A stretch of 64,000 bases of DNA. Source: Dendrobates tinctorius (lineage: Eukaryota). The notes under the pieces are model-generated. The model did no database searches. It saw nothing but the letters and a program-made list of their open reading frames with translations, and was not told the DNA's origin. Within the stretch, counting starts at the first letter, position 1. Each line of letters begins with the position of its first letter. The translations under genes were made by a program, and so were the position numbers. Positions 1-11,859 of this stretch are shown in pieces. The DNA lies in the NCBI RefSeq assembly GCF_039654945.1, contig NW_027361814.1, positions 2,666,001 to 2,730,000 of the forward strand, given 5' to 3'.

Positions 1-289
1 GGTTTTACCTGCGGATTGCTCTGCGGTTTTGCCCTGCGGTTTTTCATCTCCTCAATAGAGGAGATGGCAAACCGCAGGAGAATCCGCAGAAAGAATTGAC
101 ATGTCAATTCTTTCTGCGGATTGAAAACCGCAGATAATCCGCGCGGAAAATTCCGCACCGTCTGCACTGCGGTTTTTGATTCCCATAGGGAATCATGGTA
201 CTGTACACCGCAGCAAAAACTGCTGCGGGTCCGCAGCGGCCAAAACCGCTGCGGAACCGCAGCAAAATCCGCAGCATGTGCACACAGCC
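1..289. mobile_element. PIF/Harbinger-type MITE, right part (cut by window start)
   Basis: Ends ...GTGCACACAGCC|tca; near-identical to the complete copy at 20069-20447. Confidence 0.75.
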
Positions 290-1091
290 TCACACCTCTT
301 GCCATGTTAACCCTCAACACACCACACCGCCTCAACACACACTCCTCTCACCTTTCACCTCCACTCATGTCCACTCACTCTTTCACTCCACATACGTTCC
401 TTTCTCTCACTCCGTTTCTTATACTCACACCGTCATCGTCGCTGCCCCGACATCTTCCTCCGCCGCCGCGATCCAGGATCCAGACGTTCTCCAGGCCGCC
501 GACATGTTCTTGCGGGACGCCATCTTGGATTTCGTGAAATCCCGCGATATTTAAGATGGCGTCGCCGCAACATGTCGCTGGCGTGGACAACATCGGGATC
601 CAAAAAGATGGCGTCGGCGCAACAACATGTCGCTGGCATGGGCGACATCGGGATCCAAAATGGCGTCGGCGTAATCTCGCGAGATTTCGCCGACGCCATC
701 TTTTTGGATCCCGATGTCGTCCACGCCAGCAACATGTTGTTGTGGCGACGCCATCTTAAATATCGCGGGATTTCACGAAATCCAAGATGGCGTCCCGCAA
801 GAACATGTCGGCGGCCTGGAGAACGTCTGGATCCTGGATCGCGGCGGCGGAGGAAGATGTCGGGGCAGCGACGATGACGGTGTGAGTATGAGAAACGGAG
901 TGAGAGAAAGGAACGTATGTGGAGTGAAAGAGTGAGTGGACATGAGTGGAGGTGAAAGGTGAGAGGAGTGTGTGTTGAGGTGGTGTGGTGTGTTGAGGGT
1001 TAACGTGCGTGTGTGTGTGGTGACGTCACCGGTTACAACTGAACGGAAGTTGTTACAACCGGAAGCTGGTTAGGGCATTTATTATTATAGA
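290..1091 (-). mobile_element. Possible non-autonomous Helitron 5' portion containing the palindrome
   Basis: Minus strand reads A|TCTATAATAATAAA from 1091, resembling a Helitron 5'-TC terminus; no 3' CTRR end is visible in the window. Confidence 0.3.
303..1007. repeat. Long CpG-rich inverted repeat (arms ~303-619 and ~688-1007)
   Basis: Arms are near-perfect reverse complements over >300 bp; the ORF track shows mirror-image peptides on opposite strands. Confidence 0.95.
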
Positions 1092-1104
1092 TTGGATACT
1101 CTTC

Positions 1105-1181
1105 TTAAGCGTTTCCGCAGCAGAAACACTTGTCTAAAAGCGCTGCGGAAACGCTTAAAAACGCAACGTGGGCACACAGCC
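1105..1181. mobile_element. Harbinger-type MITE end fragment
   Basis: Hairpin ttaagcgtttccgcagc/gctgcggaaacgcttaa; terminus GCACACAGCC|taa. Confidence 0.55.
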
Positions 1182-1726
1182 TAAATCGGATGCTTGGTGT
1201 TAAAAATCGGATTGTACTCACATGAAAATGACACTCGCCCCACTTTTCTGGACCGAAATTGTATTTTTTTAATTTAATGGTGATGGGTATGAGCCCTAAA
1301 AAATAAAGTAGAGTTTGAATATATATCAATCCATACACAGTTTAGAGGAGGGCACTTCCTGTTCTTGTATAATCATGCAATAGATTCCACAATGTAGTCA
1401 CCACTTTTATAAATGGTGCATGCTAGGTGTAAGGTCTTCACTTACCAGCATTTAAATAACCATTATTGGGACATTTATGCCCCAGCACAGTGACCTCCTT
1501 GGAATACCCCAAAATGGCCAAGTTTGGTGCAAACTTGCCTAAGCCTCATCTTGACCTATTAGCTGAATTCACCTGCCAAAATCTGAACTTTTCTCCACAA
1601 TTCCTACGCCAGCAATGGCATTATGTCCATCCTTGTGAATACTGTAGCCAATCATTGGCCTCAGCAGTTATGTGTGGTACATTCCAGCATCACTGCTAAG
1701 GCCAAGTTTTGGATGTCATCCCTTAA

Positions 1727-2170
1727 AGGGAATCTGTCAACAGTTTTTTTGCTATTAATAAGAAAGCAGCATAAAACAGGGCAAGAGCCCCTAATTCCAG
1801 AGATGTGTCAATTACTAGGCTGTATGTTGTAGTTTCAATAGAATCAGTGTTTCATCAGCTGGAGATTATCATTACAGGACTAGGTCTCCCACACAGATCA
1901 GTCCAGCTAATCTGTTTAAGCCCTCCCCCACCACTAATTGGCTGCTTGCTGACACTGTACACTGCACACATGAAGCTGCCAATCAGTGGTGTGGGCGGAG
2001 TTATGCGCAGCCCAGAATTCTTAGCTCTGCTATATCTACATCAGATAAAACAGGGATTCTATCAAAACTACACCAAGAAGCCCAGTAAGTGACAACACTG
2101 GAATCAGGCTCTCTTTCCCTATATTTAGCTGTTCTCAGATTATATGGCAAAACCTGCTGACAGATTGCCT
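1727..2170. mobile_element. T2/Kolobok-type MITE
   Basis: TTAA|AGGGAATCTGTCA ... TGACAGATTGCCT|TTAA. Confidence 0.85.
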
Positions 2171-2321
2171 TTAAGTGGAAACAGGGACCATGAGAGTGTA
2201 TGCGCTGAAGTTGCAGGAGCGTGAACAGGTGAGTAATGCCATTTTTTATCATTTTATAAACTTTGTTGCTAGTCCAACTTTTTGAACAAACTGAAACAGT
2301 GACCTGTGGACATGGATCATG

Positions 2322-2772
2322 TCTGGTATAGAATATATCCCCATTCTGGTATATGTCCCCCATCTGTGAATATGCTCCCTCATTCTGGTATATGCTCTCT
2401 CATCTTGGCATATGTCTCTCATCCTGGTATATAGCCCCATTCTGGTATATGCACCACATCCTGATATCTGTCTCTCCATATGTCCATCATCCTAGTATAT
2501 TTGCCTCCATCCTGGTATATGTTCTCTCATCTTGGTATATGTTCACCTTCCTGGTATATGTTCCCTCATCCTGGTATATGTTCTCTCATCCTGATATATG
2601 TTCCCCCATCCTTGTATATGTCTATCCATCCTGAGATGTGTCCCTCCACCCTGGTATATGCTTCCCATCCTTGTATATGTCCCTCATCCAGGTATATATT
2701 TCACCATCCTGGTATATGTCCCCCATTCTGACATATGCCCCCCATCTATGTATATGTCCCCATTCTGGTATA
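2322..2772. repeat. ~19-20 bp minisatellite (CATCCTGGTATATGTCCC), left half
   Basis: Degenerate tandem units; the array resumes at 17197 after the Penelope insertion. Confidence 0.9.
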
Positions 2773-2833
2773 TAGAAGTAAGAAACTTGGCACTCAACTT
2801 ATGATAAGGAAATCCAGATTTTTTATTTAGGCA

Positions 2834-2886
2834 GTCACAAAAACAGAGGACGTTTCGGTCCCTGTTGGACCTTCATCAGCCTGACA
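2834..2886 (-). ncRNA. Minimal hammerhead ribozyme core in inverted pLTR
   Basis: Minus strand: CTGATGA-A-GGTCC-aacag-GGACC-GAAAC-GTC. Confidence 0.75.
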
Positions 2887-2928
2887 ATAATATATAAAAA
2901 AATTAAACAAATAAATCTTTAGAAACAG

Positions 2929-3521
2929 CCAGCTTAGGCCTTTGTACCAAGAGCACCTATACTCCACCACGGGGCTCACATGCCCTTGAAACCTTTATAA
3001 AGCTGGTAGACACAGCCTCACACAAACTTAGACAGGACATGGAGGGTGGGAAACTACATTACAACCCCAACCTCAGCCCCCTTGATTTTCAGGCCCTAAG
3101 GGCCTTACATGAGGACAAAATAATAGTTATAAAACCAGCAGATAAGGGGGGATCTATAGTAGTTATGAACAAATCTGACTACCTACAGGAAATACACCGC
3201 CAATTGGGGGACGATTCCGTCTACACACATCTACCAAAGGATCCTTCTTCAGAAATCCGTCATCAGATTGATGTGGTCCTCAATACCTTTCTTAACCTAA
3301 GAGTTATCGACACAAAGACGAAGCAGTATTTAACCAAACAGAATCCTATCACACCAGTGTTCTATACTCTACCCAAGGTCCGCAAAAACCTAGAACACCC
3401 CCCAGGCAGACCGATAGTCGTCTCTACCGAATCTCTCCTGTCTCCCCTCTCTATTTACCTAGAGAAAATCCTCACCCCGCTTGTTTGCAACATACCATCA
3501 TTTCTGTTAGATACTGGTGAC
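2929..3521 (+). pseudogene. Penelope reverse transcriptase, N-terminal part
   Basis: IVIKPADKGGSIVVM, FYTLPKVRK, PPGRPIV motifs; frame cut at ..LLDTGD by the hAT insertion. Confidence 0.9.
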
Positions 3522-4949
3522 TGGAGATGAGCGACTTTGCCTTTTTTCGGGTCGAGTCGGGTTTCATGAAACCCGACTTTCTCAAAAGTCGGGTCGAACG
3601 AAATCGGCCGATTATCATGAAAAGTCGAAGGCCGACTGAAACACGAAACCCAATGCAAGTCAATGGGGAAGCAAAGTCGGCAGGAAGTGGAGGACATTAA
3701 CACACCTACAGTGCCCATTCGAATGGCAAAAACATCAATTCTTATTACTTAAGCTTGTCAACCTTAATTTACTTCATAATAATAGTTACGCACTGAAAAC
3801 TGGGGGTTATTTGGCAAAAGTTGTGGAGGGGTAGGGCTGGCTCCAGGTTTTCTTGTGCCCTGGGCCAAAGAACACATACCACAACTCATGATGCTCCGAT
3901 ACGGTAGAGAAATAGCGGTATAGTACAATGAAAAATACTTCACTTTTTACATCTCATGACTGATATCGATTTTAAATTCTCCAATAGCTCCAAAAACGGA
4001 CAGTATATTACTCCATACAGTATTATGGGCACCGCATAGTGCGCTATACAGATTAATAAGGCCCATATATTTCTCCATACAGAATCATTGGTGCCATATA
4101 ATGTTTGAAACAGTATATGATGAGCTCCACATAATGCTACAGTATATGTTGGTCCCCATGGATGAAGCTCCACTGTCTTATGGACCCAAATAATGCTCCA
4201 TATATAATGGGCCCCATTTCTAATGCTCCAGTGTATAATGGGCCCTGTAAATGCTGCTCCAGTGTCTGATGTCCACCTTTGGAATGCTCCAGTGTATGGT
4301 GGGCCCCATATATCATTCTCCAGAGTATAGTGCTCCCCAAAAATTGCTGTCCCAACATTGAAAACAATTAAATAAGTCTCCTCGCTAGGGAATCCTTGTA
4401 CTAGTCTGGACTCATCGTCGTCCCCATCTTCCATCTCACTGCACTTGGCTGTTTAGGCAGAGGGCGTACAGACGTGATGTCATTGCACTCTCTGATCAGA
4501 ATATCACTGTCAGGACACGCAGAAGACGTCATGGCGGTGGAGCAGGGAGAGGTAAGAATTTCAACTTTGCAAGTGCTTTGATCCGGAGCAAGCAGGGGGG
4601 GCCCACTCATTGGCAACAGCACTGGCACAGGGCCCCTCATAGTACGGCGGTGTGTGGCGGTGTGTCTGACGGCACGTGGGCCCTCCCACCGGCAGAGACA
4701 CTTTTGCATACTATGAGGGGCCCTGTGCCAGTGCCATCGCCCATGAGTATGCCCCCCACCTGCTCAAGGTACCTGCACTTTCATCTGCACCTTCCTCTTT
4801 GTCACCTTGTAAGGTGGTATAGTATGCGGGAAGGGGAACCTGAGTTTCCTCAGGGTCAGATTCTGGCTGTGTAGAGTGTGAGGGGAATGTAGTGGTCTGG
4901 GTCAATGTACCAGCAGAATCATCTAGCAGTGGCTGGGCATAAGTGCACA

Positions 4950-5890
4950 TGTGGCGTCCCCCGGAGTACGGTCGCCACAGTGGGATTACCTTCCTCCTAG
5001 GGAGTGTGATGTTATGCTTGGGAGCAACGAAGGATCTCTCCAGCAGTTCAACCAACACACAACACATTTCCCACTCCAGGCCAGCAGGGAGACCTCTGAA
5101 CCTGACTGCTGAGGAGCTGCTCTCTGTGGTCGGGAGGAGGTAAGTTAGGGCACTCTGTGCAGGGAAGGGGAAGTGTGTGGACGTGAGAAGGTGAGCTGGA
5201 TGATGAGCAGAGTTAAGGCTCACTCCTAGCTGGAGCGCATGGTCTGGATTCCGGTCTCAGAGTTTGTAGGGACACTGACGTTCCTGCAGCAGAAACCGGA
5301 GGAAGTAGCAGCTGTAAATGCTCTGTACCCAACTAAGGCTCGGAGGCCACAGCATCGACGTGTGGGAGCCAGAAGGAAAAGGCTATGGCTGCCTGCCATG
5401 CGAGAAAGTTCCAAAAGAGAGTCAACAGTGGGAACTTCTATGAACTCAGCACTGCGAGTACCTCAGATAAGCGCCAGAACAGAGGTCACACTACCTATCT
5501 GCAGAGAGAAAATTCGAAATTGGCTTCCAGGCTGACCAACTCCTTCTCCATCTGTACTCTGGGTCCTGGACGGCACTTACCAAGTACAGTTAAAGGAACT
5601 GCACGACTGTGTCTGTCATCTTTCTCCTGCGCCTGGCGCACGGCTCTGCTACATCCTGCACTGCACACCATCTACCAACTCTTTCATCTGCCCTGTGACT
5701 ACGGCACTACCTGTGCAGGGCTTCTACATCTTAGCTGCACCACAACATCTGTCCCAGAGAAGTGACACTGCAGCGCTGGTCAATCTAATCAGAAACCACA
5801 GGTGGCATCACGTATCATTCACCTATAAACGTAATACACCCCTTTGCATGGATGCCCAGGGTCACAGAATGGGTCACCACCACCGTGACA
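4950..5890 (+). mobile_element. Old solo-LTR-like insert fixed inside the hAT family
   Basis: TGTGGCG...CGTGACA termini; interrupts transposase-derived sequence; same insert at 28342-29285; no clean TSD. Confidence 0.5.
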
Positions 5891-6271
5891 CATCCCTGTG
5901 AGACACCGGCCGGTACCGATTAACCAAACTGCCCTGGCTGGCCACCCACACTCCATGTCTGATTCATCTTGGACTTGGGAATTCTTGATTTGACTTGATA
6001 ACCCAGGCATGGCATGATAGAAAGAGCTACATGGACTAATGTGAAGTGTTGCCTGCTGCATCATTCACTTTTGGTGGGGGTGAAGGACACAAGGAAAGGG
6101 GTTCTTCCTGACCAGGAGCCAGCACTTGACGACTCAGTGCTTGCATTTTTGGAAACTTCAGAAGAGGATGGCATATTTACTGGAGTCTGTTTCGGCAATG
6201 TAAGCCAAAACCAGTTCCTCATGCTCCGCCTTTAAAAGCGGTTAACCTACTCCCAGAAATGGTAGCCAGGC

Positions 6272-7068
6272 TGTTATGAATGAGTCACCGTAGGAGGCAA
6301 AAGCAGAAATACAAGCTAAGTCCAGAAAACCAGAGAAGTTGGCAACTATCAGATTGCAGACCCCTGAACCTATCAACACAACTAGCAGTAGCCGTGGGGG
6401 GTTCCTACGATGCCCTAGACCCCTCGATCACAGCCAGAGAAATACATAGGCCTAAAGAAAGAAAGGGGAAATCTAAACTGCCCCAGAGCAGACCCCAATG
6501 CAATAGGCAGCCCCCAACATATAATGACGGTGAAGCAAGATGAAAATACTAACACAGACAGAAAGATAGACTGAGCAAAGACGGGGCCCAAAAACTACCT
6601 AGATAGGAAAGGAAAGGAAGGCTGCTGTCTGCAATCTGCCAAAACCCTATAAAAGACATAAGCCAACCAGCTGATATGAAAAAGGCCCTGAAGCAGCTAG
6701 GCTTCAAAAACTGAATCAGCACCAGGTATTTTCAGAAGACAGAGCTAACTGAATTCAGCACACCCCAGCAGGGAATGGCAGAAATCCAGAAAAACAAAGC
6801 AAAAACAAAGTCAAAGCACAAAAGCAAAAGGCCGAGCAGCAAACTTAGCTTTGGAGGAGCAGGAATTCAGACTGGTCTCCAAGGATCCCACAGAGAAATC
6901 ACCCGCAGGGCAGAAGGGCGTCGGCAGCATTATATCCAGTCCGTAACTCCACTCAGCCTGTCACAATCATCAGCCTCAGGTGTTTGACAATCAGGCTCAC
7001 TACCTTTCTTTACCAGAAGAGGGAGTTCCTCGGGCCTCAGTAATGAAGGGGAAAATGAACTCACAACA
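6272..7068 (-). mobile_element. Solo LTR with 6-bp TSD CCAGGC
   Basis: TGTTATGA...TCACAACA; homologous in reverse to 47881-48686; absent from the sister hAT copy. Confidence 0.88.
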
Positions 7069-8311
7069 CCAGGCGTTCCGGAGCCAGACCATGACGCAGG
7101 CTCAACACCTCCTGCCTTAGCTGCTATTGTGCTTTTGCCACTACCAGCAGATGCACCACCACCATCAGCACCAGCTGGCCCCCCCACGTCCGCGACCTCT
7201 TCCACCAAACTTCAATATTTTGCAGAAAATAGACACAAAATAACATCAGATATATGGCACTGTATCAGAAGCGTACAGCTCTATTCAGTCAAAGGATAAT
7301 TGTCAATCTCCCTATATATTCCATCAGTCACACAGAGATGCTCACAGGCTCAGTATGGATTAGACAAGAATATAAAATTTAGACAAAGTGTATAGTATCA
7401 TCAGATTGCAGGTATATATAGTATAGTTTAAACATTCTAAATCTCCGTAGATATTTGAGGAGGCACACACAGACGCTCTCAGGCTCAGTATTGGATTACA
7501 AAACAATCTAAAAAGCCATAAAACGGTAATGGATCTCAAGAGTACAGCTGTACACAGTGTAGGTGTCATTGTTGTCAATTTCAGTATTTATTTCCACAGT
7601 CAGAAAATAACTCTCACTTGATCAGTTTGGATTAGACCAGAATTTAACAAGCAGTAAATGGGTAATGTATCACAAGCGTAGAGCTGTATAAAGTGTTGGG
7701 GTAATTTTTAAATGTACATCTAAATTGCAGGAGTAACCCATAGACACTCACACGCTCAGGATGGATCACAACACAATATAACAAGAAGATCCGCAAGAAA
7801 TAATCACACATGTGGGACAATGTTCCAGGTGTCAATGATACACTTAGAGTGGTGGGTGGAGGAGGACTTCCTGGCAGAAAGGGTACAGTATCACCAGATA
7901 CCAGGTATATATAGCATAGTTTAAACATTAACAATGTACTTCTATATATCAGGAGCAGTGTTGAGCCACCCCGCTAGTGTTTTGGTTCGTCGCACAGGAG
8001 GCAAGTTCGTCGAATGTTCGTCGAACGTTCGAAGAACACCGTCGTACCCCATTGAAAACAATGGCAGGCAAACACAAACACATACAAACACATAGAAAAC
8101 AATTACAAAACACCTTTAAAGGTGTCCCAAAGCAGACAAAATGCTCAGAAGACAAAAATAACATATGTAAAAGGTCAACTACATTTAGAAAAGAGGTGGA
8201 GGAGTAAAAGGAGGAGGTGGAGGAGACACTAGGCTTGTCATGCCCTTATGAAGTCAAGAATTGCTGGAATAAAAATGTAAAATACAAACAAAAAAAAAAA
8301 TAATTCTGAAA

Positions 8312-8872
8312 TCAAACACGATCATATACCGTCGGACTTCCCATCAATAAATTATGCCAACTGCTGCGCTATTCCCACAAACCTCCAAACTGCATCCATG
8401 AAGGCAAAGTGTTTGGTTTCCGGGGGCTGTATAATTGCAAAGCTGAACCTTAAAGGAATGTCCAAAAGGGCACCACCAGGAGTGGAGCCTGTGGCTTAAT
8501 TGGACTCCACCCGGGAAACCACAACCATACATGCTACAGAAAAGATGGACAGATTGCAAGCTTTGTCGATTCTGTGTGTGGTGTGGTATGTCCGTTTGTA
8601 GTTGTGCTAGCGATTTCTCAGCTTTATTCCGTTAACGACCGAGACTCCGGCATGCCCCCGCGGTACGTGTCAAGCTTACTAGAGGGATACGTGAGGCTCT
8701 GGCACTATCATGGTCTATCATGCCCTTACATGTCCGGGGCTGCATGCGCGCTACACTGAAAGGCCCAGCTTTTGTCGCTTACAGGTGCTGATAACCCGCT
8801 GAACACCGTTAGTGATGGGGATCTGGGATTCCAATTATTCCCCGCGAACGATGATTTCCCAGTAAGTGCAGG
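8312..8872 (+). pseudogene. Degenerate 18S rRNA fragment (central to 3'-major domain)
   Basis: Colinear SSU signatures: TTGCAAAGCTGAA(c)CTTAAAGGAAT, AGGGCACCACCAGGAGTGGAGCCTG(t)GGCTTAATT, ATGCCCTTA(c)ATGTCCGGGGCTGCA(t)GCGCGCTACACTGA, CAATTATTCCCC, TTCCCAGTAAGTGC. Confidence 0.92.
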
Positions 8873-9327
8873 CAAACTGCAATTACGGAATTAGGCCTAA
8901 CCGTCATTAATGACAAAATGAAAAAATTACGTGTCCAAAGCACAGGTGCTGTAGCTTGCTTAACAGCTCGGCAGCCGTTCTCAGGCCCAGTATGGATTTG
9001 ACAACATTGTAGAAAGTTGATAAAGGGTACAGTTTCACCAGATAACACGTATATATGTAGCATAGTTTACACATTAAAAACCTATGTCTATAGATCAGGA
9101 GGCAGGCTCAGACGGTCTCAGGCCCAGTATGGATTAGACGTGATTGGACAAAGGTGAGAAAGGGTACATTATCACTGGATAGCAGGTATATATAGCACAG
9201 CTTAAACATTTAAAATCTCCGTGTTCTCAGTATGGATTAGACAACAATCTAAAATGTAGAAAAAAGGAAATGTTTTTGAAGCGTACACCAGTATACACTT
9301 TTGGTGGTATTTTTAAATCTTCATATA

Positions 9328-10933
9328 CAGTGGGGCAAAAAAGTATTTAGTCAGTCAGCAATAGTGCAAGTTCCACCACTTAAAAAGATGAGAGGCGTCT
9401 GTAATTTACATCATAGGTAGACCTCAACTATGGGAGACAAACTGAGACAAAAAAATCCAGAAAATCACATTGTCTGTTTTTTTTTCATTTTATTTGCATA
9501 TTATGGTGGAAAATAAGTATTTGGTCAGAAACAAGCAATCAAGATTTCTGGCTCTCACAGACCTGTAACTTCTTCTTTAAGAGTCTCCTCTTTCCTCCAC
9601 TCATTACCTGTAGTAATGGCACCTGTTTAAACTTGTTATCAGTATAAAAAGACACCTGTGCACACCCTCAAACAGTCTGACTCCAAACTCCACTATGGTG
9701 AAGACCAAAGAGCTGTCAAAGGACACCAGAAACAAAATTGTAGCCCTGCACCAGGCTGGGAAGACTGAATCTGCAATAGCCAACCAGCTTGGAGTGAAGA
9801 AATCAACTGTGGGAGCAATAATTAGAAAATGGAAGACATACAAGACCACTGATAATCTCCCTCGATCTGGTGCTCCACGCAAAATCCCACCCCGTGGGGT
9901 CAGAATGATCACAAGAACGGTGAGCAAAAATCCCAGAACCACGCGGGGGGACCTAGTGAATGAACTGCAGAGAGCTGGGACCAATGTAACAAGGCCTACC
10001 ATAAGTAACACACTACGCCACCATGGACTCAGATCCTGCAGTGCCAGACGTGTCCCACTGCTTAAGCCTGTACATGTCCGGGCCTGTCTGAAGTTTGCTA
10101 GAGAGCATTTGGATGATCCAGAGGAGTTTTGGGAGAATGTCCTATGGTCTGATGAAACCAAACTGGAACTGTTTGGTAGAAACACAACTTGTCGTGTTTG
10201 GAGGAAAAAGAATACTGAGTTGCATCCATCAAACACCATACCTACTGTAAAGCATGGTGGTGGAAACATCATGCTTTGGGGCTGTTTCTCTGCAAAGGGG
10301 CCAGGACGACTGATCCGGGTACATGAAAGAATGAATGGGGCCATGTATCGTGAGATTTTGAGTGCAAACCTCCTTCCATCAGCAAGGGCATTGAAGATGA
10401 AACGTGGCTGGGTCTTTCAACATGACAATGATCCAAAGCACACCGCCAGGGCAACGAAGGAGTGGCTTCGTAAGAAGCATTTCAAGGTCCTGGAGTGGCC
10501 TAGCCAGTCTCCAGATCTCAACCCTATAGAAAACCTTTGGAGGGAGTTGAAAGTCCGTGTTGCCAAGCGAAAAGCCAAAAACATCACTGCTCTAGAGGAG
10601 ATCTGCATGGAGGAATGGGCCAACATACCAACAAGAGTGTGTGGCAACCTTGTGAAGACTTACAGAAAAAGTTTGACCTCTGTCATTGCCAACAAAGGAT
10701 ATATCACAAAGTATTGAGATGAAATTTTGTTTCTGACCAAATACTTATTTTCCATCATAATATGCAAATAAAATCAAAACAAAACAGACAATGTGATTTT
10801 CTGGATTTTTTTGTCTCAGTTTGTCTCCCATAGTTGAGGTCTACCTATGATGTAAATTACAGATGCCTCTCATCTTTTTAAGTGGTGGAACTTGCACTAT
10901 TGCTGACTGACTAAATACTTTTTTGCCCCACTG
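9328..10933 (+). mobile_element. Full-length Tc1 transposon (IR/DR-type long TIRs)
   Basis: TA|CAGTGGGGCAAAAAAGTATTTAGTCAG ... reverse complement|TA; ~205-bp TIRs with an inner repeat AAGTATTT(a/g)GTCAG. Confidence 0.97.
9695..10717 (+). CDS. Tc1 DD34E transposase, 340 aa
   Basis: Uninterrupted ORF with HTH region, [22 protein letters not shown] and [12 protein letters not shown]. Confidence 0.95.
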   Translation: MVKTKELSKDTRNKIVALHQAGKTESAIANQLGVKKSTVGAIIRKWKTYKTTDNLPRSGAPRKIPPRGVRMITRTVSKNPRTTRGDLVNELQRAGTNVTRPTISNTLRHHGLRSCSARRVPLLKPVHVRACLKFAREHLDDPEEFWENVLWSDETKLELFGRNTTCRVWRKKNTELHPSNTIPTVKHGGGNIMLWGCFSAKGPGRLIRVHERMNGAMYREILSANLLPSARALKMKRGWVFQHDNDPKHTARATKEWLRKKHFKVLEWPSQSPDLNPIENLWRELKVRVAKRKAKNITALEEICMEEWANIPTRVCGNLVKTYRKSLTSVIANKGYITKY

Positions 10934-11859
10934 TATATTTCTGTCTCAGTAAGACAGTCCAGCCTCTCCGCAATAGGAAATGAGATGCATACAATTACTG
11001 ACATAAAGTCTAGTGATTGCAGAAATCTAGGAATTAATAATCACGGGAAAAACTTCCATCACAATTCTCAGAGGCGATGCTGACCCTCAATTAATTTGTG
11101 TGTGGAGACAGCGAAAACATAACTTTCTGAAGAAAGTGTTGCTGTATCGCAGTACCGTTGATCCCATCAGCGTTACTCATCTCCATCAAATTTTTATCAC
11201 AGGGAGAGATGTAAACATGTTGCTCACTGCCTATCATGATCTGTCACGTAACTTTGGAGTGCAAAAGACAGAAGCCACAGGCCGTAGGCGATTCTATGGG
11301 ATTGGCATGAGAGGGCACATTTAAAAATGTGCGCCGGAATGTCACACGTCTGTGAGTAGGAAAACTGTGAAAGCTGATGATAAACCACCACTGCATCTCA
11401 TTGTGAGTCGACGTCCATAAGAAATGGAAGCCACTGATCATCTGAAGCTAGAGCCCGGCCAACGGGACAGGGCATAGCTACGTCTTAACCATCATCTATC
11501 AGTTCAACAAATTTGTAGTGGCAGTCCCAGTGAAGGATTTGACAGCCCAGACTACACAGTGGAGGAGCAGGGAGAGGTAAACATTGCAAATGCTGTGGCC
11601 CTGCCCAAGCAAGGGGGGCACACTCGTGGGTGTCGGTACTGGCACTGGGCCCCTCATAGTACGGCGGTGTGTCTGACGGCAGGTGTGCACCCCCACCGTC
11701 AGAGACACTTGATTGCACTATGAGGGACCCTGTGCCAGTGCCCGCGCCCAAGAGTCAGCCTACCAACCTGTCCAGGGCAACGGCATTCGCACGGTTGTGT
11801 GCGCTAGGTGGTGACCCCGGCCATGGGGGGGAGGCAGCCCAGTTAGGGAGGTTTACAAA

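Noticed and set aside
121-935. Cluster of ORFs on both strands
   Set aside because: By-products of a GC-rich palindrome and a MITE; no recognisable domain.
2185-2235. Possible host exon ending CAG|GTGAGT
   Set aside because: Only a donor-like motif; no recognisable protein or partner exons.
8312-8872. Functional rRNA gene
   Set aside because: Partial, mutated at conserved positions, with no rDNA unit context; reported as a pseudogene.
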